Made by a program: the position numbers and the translations under genes | Shown here: positions 41,254-51,814 of the stretch, one piece after another | How the letters are laid out: each line of letters starts with the position of its first letter | How positions within the stretch are numbered: the stretch's first letter is position 1 | Source of the DNA: Octopus sinensis | Taxonomy: Eukaryota | DNA length: 64,000 bases | Assembly: GCF_006345805.1 (NCBI RefSeq) | Contig: NC_043018.1 | Coordinates: 16,926,001 to 16,990,000 of the forward strand | Direction of reading: 5' to 3' | Notes under the pieces: model-generated | The model's database searches: none | Told to the model about the DNA's origin: nothing | The model's input: the letters and a program-made list of their open reading frames with translations, nothing else

Positions 41254-41507
41254 TTTCATAAATTATATCATAAAGTAAATTAATTTATTCTAATCTTAAA
41301 TGAAAATTTTTTACGCGTTGTTTTTTAAAGAAAGCATACTATCTGGTATTTAGTTGAGAAAATGGTGTAATATAAAAAATAGAAATTGAACGTATCTAAT
41401 ATTAAGTGCGAATGAATAACCTAAGCGTGTTTCTCATTGAAAGAAAAATGATGTTATTTCTGGAAGAGGATGAAAATACCGACATAACATGAATAATATG
41501 GATAACT

Positions 41508-41875
41508 TACTCTTTTACTCTTTTACTTGTTTCAGTCATTTGACTGCGGCCATGCTGGAGCACCACCTTTAATCGAGCAACTTGACCCCGGCACTTATTC
41601 TTTTGTAAGCCCAGTACTTATTCTATCGGTCTCTTTTGCCGAACCGCTAGGTGACGGGGACATAAACACACCAGCATCGGTTGTCAAGCAATGCTAGGGA
41701 GACAAACACAGACACACAAATACACACACGCATATATATATATATATACATATATACGACGGGCTTCTTTCAGTTTCCGTCTACCAAATCCACTCACAAG
41801 GCTTTGGTCGGCCCGAGGCTATAGCAGAAGACACTTACCCAAGGTGCCACGCAGTGGGACTGAACCCGGAACCAT
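41508..41875 (-). mobile_element. SINE family A, 5'-truncated
   Basis: Match stops at GGAACCAT; the first part of the head is missing. Confidence 0.9.
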
Positions 41876-42522
41876 CACTCCATGTTTTCTTTCCTGATAA
41901 AAAAAATCTAAAAAATCTTTTGCTGTTGCTTATTCTGTGGTAAATATTTTTTGTGACCTTAAAACATTCGCACGTTTTCCGATGCTTAAATTTGATCCAT
42001 GTATATCTTATTTTGCTTTGAATCAGTCGCTTAAGAGGCGAGTAAGCGTCCGGTAATAATTTGACATGTGTAGTGTATTCCAGAAAAGCTTTAAACCGAA
42101 ATACTGAACAAAGTTTCTCGAAACCGTTGACCTATCGATGCGGCCATGCGTGACCTCATCATCTACCAATAAAATCCAGAGATACGGAAATCTGAAAATC
42201 GATTCTGTTTCCTTTGTGCCACAGAAACAAAACTGTTGCAGTAGTGTTCACTTGCAAAGTAATGTCAAGCAGCAGTTGTGGTAAGAAGGAATGGAGTAAA
42301 GTAGACGCGATTAAAGTAAAGACTGCGCCAACATTTTCATTTCACTGTGCAAGACTAAGGTGTTCATCTGCTTGGTGCCAAGGACGAAATATGTTCTATG
42401 ATGGACGGGACCGAAACGGTTTCTCTACGCGTCGTTCGATGAGGGGGATGACCATACAGATGATATTCTTCAGTAAATTTCCTCAAAAGGTGAAGGAATA
42501 TTGGAAAAAATGAGGCTCAGAT

Positions 42523-43458
42523 GAACATATCTACTTTCAGCCTACGGCGCTCAAAGAACATATCTGCTTTCAGCCTACGTCGGTCAAAAAACATATCTAC
42601 TTTCAGCCTACATCGGTCAAAAAACATATCTACTTTCAGCCTACGTCGGTCAAAGAACATATTTACTTTCAGCCTACGTCGGTCAAAGAGCATATCTACT
42701 TTCAGCCTGCGTCGGTCAAAAAACATATTTATCTTCAGCCTACGTCGGTCAAAGAACATATCTACTTCCAGCCTACGTCGGTCAAAGAACATATCTACTT
42801 TCAGCCTACGTCGGTCAAAGAACATATCTACTTTCAGTCTACGTCGGTCAAAGAACATATCTAGTTTCAGCCTACGTCGGTCAAAGAACATATCTACTTT
42901 CAGCCTACGTCGGTCAAAGAACATATCTACTTTCAGTCTACGTCGGTCAAAGAACATATCTACTTTCAGCCTACGTCGCTCAAAGAACATATCTACTTTC
43001 AGCCTACGTTGGTCAAAGAACGCATCTACTTTCAGCCTATGTTGGTCAAAGAACATATTTACTTTCAGCCTACGTCGGTCAAAGAACATATCTACTTTCA
43101 GCCTACGTCGGTCAAAGAACATATCTAGTTTCAGCCTACGTCGGTCAAAGACATATCTACTTTCAGCCTACGTCGGTCAAAGAACATATCTACTTTCAGT
43201 CTACGTCGGTCAAAGAACATATCTACTTTCAGCCTACGTCGCTCAAAGAACATATCTACTTTCAGCCTACGTTGGTCAAAGAACGCATCTACTTTCAGCC
43301 TATGTTGGTCAAAGAACATATCTACTTTCAGCCTACGTCGGTCAAAGAACATATCTACTTTCAGCCTACGTCGGTCAAAGAACATATCTAGTTTCAGCCT
43401 ACGTCGGTCAAAGAACATATCTACTTTCAGCCTACGTCGGTCAGTCGGTCAAAGAACA
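42523..43458. repeat. 33-bp minisatellite, about 28 copies, with an 8-unit higher-order repeat
   Basis: Unit GAACATATCTACTTTCAGCCTACGTCGGTCAAA; variant units recur at 263-264-bp spacing. Confidence 0.97.
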
Positions 43459-43814
43459 AAGCTGTAAAATCGCAATTGTTCTTCATAGTCATGGTAACGC
43501 AATATTTATGGTTTCTTTGACACAAACAGATGTCTTCCTATTCAGAGGAATCGCTTCATTTTTTCAAATTTATGCTTTATAATTCTGTTCTTCCTGAATC
43601 GATTCTTCAGGAATCCTCACCGATTTCGAAATATCTCACCGTCTATCGCTTTTCTTATTATTGTTGTCCTTTTCATTATAGCCTTAATTCTGACATAGGC
43701 AGAGATAACTGCTATTTACAAACGGGGGTGGGGTTAGAATGGTTCTCCTTTCATTGAGACAACAAACTGACAACAGACATAACTGTAGCAGATATCTAAG
43801 GCCACCACATCACC

Positions 43815-44460
43815 ATCATCATCCTCACAATTTTCCTCGTCATGAACCTCATCACCATCGACCTTATCGTCGTCGTCGTCATCATCATCATCATAACCAC
43901 CACCACCACCATCACCATCATCATCATCATCATCACCATCACCATCATCATCATCATCATCATCACCTCCACTACCACACCACCACCACCACCACCACCA
44001 CCACCATCACCATCACCATCACCATCATCATCATCATCACCTCCACTACCACCACCACCACCACCACCTCCACCATCACCATTACCACCATCATCATCAT
44101 CATCACCTCCACCACCACCACCACCACCACCACCACCACCACCATCACAATCACCATCACCATCATCATCATCATCATCATCATCATCACCTCCACTACC
44201 ATCACCATCACCATCACCATCATCATCATCATCATTATCATCACCACCACTACCATCACCATCACCATCACCATCACCATCATCATCATCATCATTATCA
44301 TCACCACTACCACCACCACACCACCACCACCATCACCATCACCATCATCATCACCATCATCACCACCACCACCACCACCATCACCATCACCACCATTATG
44401 ATCATGGTCCTCCTCCTCCTCCTCCTCCTCCTCCTCCTCCTCCTCCTCATCATCATCATC
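43815..44460. repeat. Compound (CAT)/(CAC)/(CCT) trinucleotide array
   Basis: Direct reading. Confidence 0.95.
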
Positions 44461-44779
44461 AAAAATATCTATATCTGCAGTCAAGAACAATAAGAGCTGT
44501 TACGATTACAATAGACAATAATAATAATAATAATAATAATATATCTCAGGAAAATGTTTTGCCAAGAGAAATATTCTTTGCGTCATTGAAATGACAGATA
44601 TTTTGCAGAGAGGAAATATTAGAAACAAGCATAATAAATATGTCTGGGAAATCTTTGAGGATTTGGAAATGGTAAAATGGTAAAATGGTGAAATGGTACT
44701 TGAGACTGACATGTTGACGCATTGGTAAATAATACCTGAATAAATCAAAAATGCATAGGTAGCATTTCGGTCAGCACAC

Positions 44780-44810
44780 ATGTACTCACACACACATACA
44801 CACACACACT

Positions 44811-44842
<32 letters not shown>

Positions 44843-45630
44843 TACACACACACATACACATCCACATGCACACACATACACCACATACACACACACACAC
44901 ACGCACATACACACACATACACACACACACACTCACACACGCACACTCACACATGCACACATGCACTCACACACACACATCCACACATGCACACACATAC
45001 ACACACGCACATACACAGACACACTCACACACGCACACTCACACATGCACACATGCACTCACACACACATCCACATGCACACACATACACACACATACAC
45101 ACACATACACACACACTCATACACACGCACACACACACATGCACATATGCATTCACACACACATCCACATGCAAACACATGCACACATATACACACACAC
45201 TCACACAACGCACGCACAAACACATGCTTTCACACACACACACATCCACATGCTCACGCATACACACACATACACTCACACACATGCACACACATACACA
45301 CACATACACACACATACTCACACACGCACACTCATACATGCACACATGCATTCACACACACATCCACAGACACACAGATACACACACATACACAGACATA
45401 CTCACACACGCACACTCACACATGCACACATGCATTCACACACACATCCACATGCACACACATACACACACATACACACACACACTCACACACACACATG
45501 CACAAATACACACACACTCACACACACGCACACACATACACACACATACACACACACACACTCACACACACATGCACACATGCATTCATACACACTCATG
45601 CACACACATACACACACATGCTTACACACA
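44780..45630. repeat. CA-rich cryptic satellite
   Basis: Recurring CACATGCACACATGCA(C/T)TCACACACACA(C)ATCCACA blocks. Confidence 0.93.
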
Positions 45631-46159
45631 AAAATGTACATGGTTTTCACCGTGAATTTCATTGAACATGAGCAATCTTTGTTTAAAAATGATAAAAATA
45701 CCATTTCTTATACAGTAGACATTTCTTAAACATATAATCTACGATATAGCTAGGTGCACACCTTGAACAACAGGTGAGATTCGTATATAAATATATGCAT
45801 AGCAATCTTAATATCCGACTTAAGATGGATGTTGTGTTAGAATAACGAATTATTGCATTACTTACTTTGAGAGAATCACTTATAAGAACTAATGGTGTAT
45901 ATTAAACACCTGTACTTATATCATGGACAGACGAGAATGGTGTGTACGGGGACCGCCTGATAACATGATTGTTATTTTTGCCCTGCCTAGGGTCTTCAGC
46001 TACATAACATCCCAATCTCATTGACAACGATATATAGAATTTCAGAGTCTGCTCAGACATTGATGCCACAAATAGCCTGTGGGTATTTAATAATAAATAA
46101 AACCCGACAGAAAGTAGTTGATAAAGATGGTTTCTGGCATTAGCGCCTCTTCTATCGCT

Positions 46160-46214
<55 letters not shown>

Positions 46215-46727
46215 GTAAAAATAATATATACATGCATACATACATAAACATACACACACACTTATTTACGAGGGCGTTGACGAACCCACCTACCTACCTC
46301 CTAACCTACTAAAAGGCACTCAATACATTTAGTATGAGTTATATATATATCACTTTTATTTAACATAGTTTGATTCGGCTTCATACGACTTAGAGTTTCT
46401 CAGGCTTCTTCAGACTCAGGTTACCGAATGAAGAAATATAAGATTGCTATAGGAAAATGGACTGATGGTGGTAAAGGCAGATCACAAGGTGTCATTTCAA
46501 GAGAGATTGGTAACTCAGCGACACCAGATGCATTAAAAAAGAGAACACATGGGACTGCGTGGTTGGACCACAAGTTGTAGAGCCTTGGTGTCTGGCGTGC
46601 ATTTGGAAATGAACTGGAAGTCGACAGTGGCGAAGCCGGTGAGAGTGTGTGCGTATGTATATGAGATGATTGAGTGCGCTGATGTGGCTGTGTGGTGTGT
46701 GTTTGTCCGTCGTTTATCTGCGTGTCT

Positions 46728-46787
<60 letters not shown>

Positions 46788-46836
46788 ATATATATATATT
46801 ATATATATACTTTATTTAAAGCAGCAGAAAATTCAA

Positions 46837-46886
46837 CAAAATCTGTTACTCTGAGTTTCTCGTTGCCGTTCATCAGACAGTTTTTG
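46837..46886 (-). ncRNA. Mirror-image hammerhead on the minus strand
   Basis: Left palindrome arm read in reverse: CAAAAACTGT CTGATGA ACG-GCAA-CGA GAAACTCAGAGTA ACAGATTTTG; stem I pairs better than in the plus copy. Confidence 0.7.
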
Positions 46887-46932
46887 CTAGAATGGAACCG
46901 ATATATCAATTGATATATCGGTTCCATTCTAG

Positions 46933-46982
46933 CAAAAACTATCTGATGAACGGCAACGGGAAACTCAGAGTAACAGATTTTG
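46933..46982 (+). ncRNA. Type I hammerhead ribozyme motif (PLE-type)
   Basis: Stem I 5' CAAAAACTAT, CTGATGA at 46943-46949, short stem II ACG-GCAA-CGG, GAAA, stem III ACT-CAG-AGT, GUA site at 46972, stem I 3' ACAGATTTTG. Confidence 0.7.
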
Positions 46983-47078
46983 TTGAATTTTCTGCTGCTT
47001 TAAATAAAGCATATTACTCTACCACTGGTATTTGTGTACTCTTTTTTCCATCTTGTTTCACATTTATGTGTTTACTCC

Positions 47079-47110
<32 letters not shown>

Positions 47111-47114
<4 letters not shown>

Positions 47115-47322
47115 TAATCCAAACAAGAAAGCACATAAAAAACACAACAACGCGAGGACGTGAAACAAACATAGTATTATTATTGGACGGTCAGGAAAGA
47201 AGGGAAGAAGGAGGGTTTAACGTTTCGAGCGGAGCTCTTCGTCGGAAACATAGAAGAAGGAAAGATCCAGAGAAGGGAAGACAGAGGAAAAGAAAATCGC
47301 CAACGGTACACACGAGGTTACA
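47111..47322 (-). mobile_element. Short ORF-less PLE-like element with a hammerhead-like fold (47215-47249), 3' end at (TA)n
   Basis: Minus strand: GTTT CCGACGA A GAGC-TCC-GCTC GAA ACGT T AAAC; ends directly at the 47081-47110 TA tract. Confidence 0.55.
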
Positions 47323-47994
47323 CACATATATATATGTAAATATAAAATGGGACAAGAATCGCAAAACAGCCAGAAGACGATACAAAAAACACGAACGGAT
47401 CATTCGAAGCCTTTAATCTTCAGTCAAGAACCGGACCATCCTCGCAATTTTGGCTGATTAAGCTTGAGATTGCTCCAATCTGGCCAGTCCCAAGGAAAAA
47501 CTAAGCTAAGTGCATTAGATTCTTTGGAAATAAAGCTTCGAATGTATACGAAACAAGGACGGAAAAACGGACCCACCTACATGAATCCGTATCGAATTCC
47601 TGGCCTGGGCTTTGCATTGTGTTCTTGAGAAAAACTCTTCATCTCACGTTGGTCAGCGATCACTTCGACACGTGACTCGTGCTACATCGTGCAAAGGGTC
47701 AAGCGACGTCGATTTGATGGCGAAAATCTTTCAGTGTACAACACGTACATTTGATTACTATAAATCAGTAATTTGTGATGGTTGCTCAGAACCGTCTACC
47801 GTTATGTATACGTGTGCGTGTGTGTGTGTGTATGTGCGTGCGCGCGAGTAATGCATGCATGCTTGCACGCGTGGTACATATGGGTGTTTATGACGGTAGA
47901 GTTGCAACTGTTGCCTGCGAACATAAGAGATTGTGTATATATGACTATATATATTTATGTCTGTATATATGTCTGTATATATATATATATATAT

Positions 47995-48125
47995 CTTTAC
48001 TACCCACAAGGGGCTAAACACAGAGGGGACAAACAAGGACAGACAAAGGGATTAAGTTGATTATATCGACCCCAGTGCGTAACTGGTACTTAATTTATCG
48101 ACTCCTAAAGGATGAAAGGCAAAGT
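47995..48125 (-). mobile_element. SINE family B, 3' half
   Basis: Matches the family B 3' portion. Confidence 0.85.
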
Positions 48126-48346
48126 CTGTATAGATATGTCTGTATATGTCTGTAATGTATGATCATTTGCATGCACGTATGCACGTATGTAGGTATATAT
48201 ATATGTGTGTGTGTGTGTGTATGTGTCTGCATATGTGTGTGTATACGTGTCTATTTCTACACCTACAGGAACGTGTTAATGTACATGTACATGTATGTGT
48301 ACGTGTGTGTGTATCTGTATGCGGGTGTATTTTTTTAAAGTGTATG

Positions 48347-48399
<53 letters not shown>

Positions 48400-48553
48400 A
48401 GGTGTTTTGTATGAATCATCGGTGTCAAGTCTCTGACAAATATATTTTCCGATAGAAAATGCATTGACAGCAAATCACTTTCACGCCAAACCCCATTAAC
48501 CTGGGATCTAATAAATGCCATACCTGCGGATTAGAGGCATTGGTATGCACGAA

Positions 48554-48596
<43 letters not shown>

Positions 48597-48816
48597 AGCG
48601 AAATTGTGAGTGATAGAAAGTGTAATTGAGAGATAGATGGGAGAGAGAGAGAATTGATTAAAAGTGATTCAAATACAATTGACGGAGGAGTGGGTAGAGT
48701 GACAAAGAAAGAAAGAAAGAGGAACAAAACAAGAATATGCTACTCGTTCAAACACAAGGTTATGATCTTACACGACCTGCATATCATTTTACCCTTTCCT
48801 TGTGTTTTGTATTTCC

Positions 48817-48865
<49 letters not shown>

Positions 48866-48869
48866 GTAG

Positions 48870-49074
48870 AAAATTTAAAGGACTGACCACTCAAAAAGTA
48901 GACGGTCAACATGCTAAATATTGACGTCAAATCGCTATTTTCCACAAAGAATATGTTCTCAAATATGTGCTGGGTTCTTATTTGAGAATATATTCTTTGT
49001 GGAAAATAGCGATTTGACGTCTGTATCTAGCATGTTGACCGTCCACTTTTTGAGTGGTCAGTCCATTAAATTTT
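48870..49074. repeat. Inverted repeat, 96-bp arms, 13-bp spacer, 6 mismatches
   Basis: Arms 48870-48965 and 48979-49074 aligned by eye. Confidence 0.95.
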
Positions 49075-49240
49075 GTATGTAAAAATATTTTAATCTTCGG
49101 GTTTTTTATGCTGGGCAACTGGTTTTAATTGATTAATATCAATTTCTACCCTTATTAAATTTTATATAATATATATATATATATATATATAATAGCAATA
49201 ATAATTCTCTAAATGAGATATAGACAGTGACTGCTCCGTA

Positions 49241-49498
49241 ATATAAGGGATATTAGCCAACCGAATATGGCTAGGGACAGGGCAGGGTGGTGGGGGTGTC
49301 ACTGTTGCATTTAGCCCCAGGCGAACATCAACGTCACCAGATAGGCCTGACGCCATCACGGCGTCCTCTTGCAGGATAGAGGACGCCGTGATGGCGTCAG
49401 GCCTATCTGGTGACGTTGATGTTCGCCTGGGGCTAAATGCAACAGTGACACCCCCACCACCCTGCCCTGTCCCTAGCCATATTCGGTTGGCTAATATC

Positions 49499-49506
<8 letters not shown>
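49241..49506. repeat. Perfect inverted repeat, 129-bp arms, 8-bp loop
   Basis: Arms 49241-49369 and 49378-49506 are exact reverse complements; loop TGCAGGAT. Confidence 0.97.
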
Positions 49507-49539
<33 letters not shown>

Positions 49540-49909
49540 ACTTAGCTGTAGAAATGAGTTGCAACGTCACTGGTGCCAAGCCGTATCGGCCCCTTTGCCT
49601 TCCCCTTGGATAACATCAGTGGTGTAGAGAAGGGAGGCAGGTACGCATGGGCGACTACTGGCCTTCCATAAACAACCTTGCCCGGATTTGTGCCTCGTAG
49701 GGTAACTTTCTAGGTGCAATCCCATGGCCATTCGTGACCGAAGTGGGGTTTCCTCGTTACTTTTAATCTATATACTTGTTACTTTTCATTTGCCTTGCTC
49801 GCTTACGTTTCTGGTGTTTGCTAAATTTTCTAGAGAACATTTCTTAGTGGTAAGAGCATAGCGGATCTACCTCTAGCATTAGGGTGTCCATATAGGGGTA
49901 ATCCCTCTC

Positions 49910-49958
<49 letters not shown>

Positions 49959-50075
49959 AGTATAACGCTCAGGAATAGAAAAAGTCTTTTACGTTTCGAG
50001 CCTATGCTCTTCTACAGAAAGGGACACAGAAAAAAAAGGAGAGAAAAAATGTGTGTAGTGGCTAACGATCTATCA
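49959..50075 (-). mobile_element. Short ORF-less PLE-like element with a hammerhead-like fold (49986-50021), between TA tracts
   Basis: Minus strand: CTTT CTGTAGA A GAGC-ATAG-GCTC GAA ACGT A AAAG; shares GAGC..GCTCGAAACGT and TTCCTGA(G/C)CGT with the 47111 element. Confidence 0.55.
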
Positions 50076-50089
50076 TATATATGTATATA

Positions 50090-50173
<84 letters not shown>

Positions 50174-51293
50174 GTACATTTTCGATATTTATTTGCACAC
50201 ACGCACACCCACACAAATATGTAGGCGTAATTTTTATTACAAGACTTTGCATGAGTTAATTTTTGCCCTTCAATGTTTTCTTTATAGCTTTATTAGTTAC
50301 AGCAATTTAGTTTTAAAACAATAATGTTATTAAATCCATTAATATTTTAGTAACTACTCAGTTGTTTTGATTCAAATTTAAAAACTTCCGACGAAGTGAA
50401 AAGACAAAGATTTAAACATTTTCAAAAATATTGTGTAAACTTTATTGCATGAAACGTTTAATGGACACTTCATCTTTGAAGGAGGAAGAGTATTTCGTAA
50501 TAAAATTCCTCAACTAATAATGAAATCATGAGTTTCGAGCGAGCTTTCATTAATTTTTTCCTCGGTTATCAATTTTGTACAGACTTGACATTCACAACGA
50601 ATCAGAAATAACAATGAAAGCTTAGTATTCTCAATAATGGTGGATAGTGTATTAATGTGTACATAACATAGATTTTGGTAACCTCACTCGGTAAATGCGT
50701 AAACCCTGGCCAAATTACACTCGTTAATTTTGGCACAAACTTCCTCCTAAAAGAAAAGTACGATTAAGAATGAATTTGGACACAAATTACTTTATCAGTC
50801 TCTCGAGACTCTCAGTGGTAAAAGTATAATACATCATGGACGACAAAAGGCTGCGTGAGAAAGCAATTTGCAGATATATAAAACTGACGACGAACGCGTA
50901 CATCACAAACGTGTTAAACTAGCGGTTCTTAGGGTCCGAGAAAAAAAAACAAGATAAAGGTTTTTATAGGTAAAAGCGATAAGAGTAATCTGTTTGGTAT
51001 TATGAGAAAAAGGCGATAATATTACAAAAACAACAATATAATATGATAACCATAAACTCGTTCAAATAAAGTCAACACTACACAAACTAAATGATAAACA
51101 ATATATTAATTATTGTTGCAAACTCAGAATAGCTTCAGTCCGTTACCAAATGCAGAAAAAAAATCGATTGGACACCGAAAAAAACGTATAATTAGATTAA
51201 GGCCTTGCTATATATAACATAGAAAATTAATGCAGTAACTCATTTAATCGCTGAGAGTAAAGAGATATACACCAGAGATCTGTAGACTATATA

Positions 51294-51814
51294 CATCCAT
51301 TAAATGAGAATGCAGAATTTGTTTTTAAATATTAAAATATTTCCAGTATGTAGGTAGAAAAGTTATGGAGATGTACTTGCATAGCAAGTGATTTGATCTG
51401 AGATCGTGTGCTGAAACGAAAACAATTGCAGCGTGGAAGGTTTGTAAGCCATTTAAGAAACACACAAAAGCCGTTCGATTTACTTCAACATTTAAGTTTA
51501 ATTTGTCAAAATATTTTCGTCGCTTCAAGACCTGTTCACTGTCAGCACGGATTTTTGTCAGTGAACAGGTCGCGGTCTTAAAGCGACGAAAATATTTTGA
51601 CAAATTAAGCTTAAATGTTGAAGTGAATCGAACGGCTTTTGTGTGTTTCTTAAATGGCTTACAAACACCTTCCACGCTGCAATTGTTTTCGTTTCAGCAC
51701 ACGATCTCAGATCAAATCACTTGCTATGCAAGTACATCTCCATAACTTTTCTACCTACATACTGGAAATATTTTAATATTTAAAAATAAATTCTGCATTC
51801 TCATCTAATGAATG
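51294..51814. repeat. Long inverted repeat, arms 248 and 256 bp, about 17-bp spacer
   Basis: Arms 51294-51541 and 51559-51814; the right arm has extra GCGGTC and AC. Confidence 0.95.

Larger units (their letters stand above)
46810..47009. repeat. 200-bp spacer-less palindrome (100-bp arms, 2 mismatches)
   Basis: Centre CAA|TTG at 46909/46910; mismatches at 46860/46959 and 46878/46941. Confidence 0.97.

Noticed and set aside
42214-42513. 99-aa ORF and a hammerhead-like CTATGATGGACGGGACCGAAACGGTT at about 42395-42420
   Set aside because: No protein motif; the core lacks a base, stem II is mismatched and there is no stem I.
42523-43458. CRISPR-like interpretation of the 33-bp array (also considered for 39637-40100)
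   Set aside because: Units are contiguous with no unique spacers, there are no cas genes, and the context is eukaryotic.
43739-45729. Long His/Thr/Pro-rich ORFs (220-291 aa), and similar Val-Cys, Tyr-Ile and Met-Tyr-Val-Cys ORFs elsewhere
   Set aside because: They are translations of stop-free microsatellites, open in several frames and on both strands, with no domain content.
49545-49755. GC-richer repeat-like fragment tested as an HDV-like ribozyme
   Set aside because: Could not assemble P1/P2/P3/P1.1 by eye; family unassigned.
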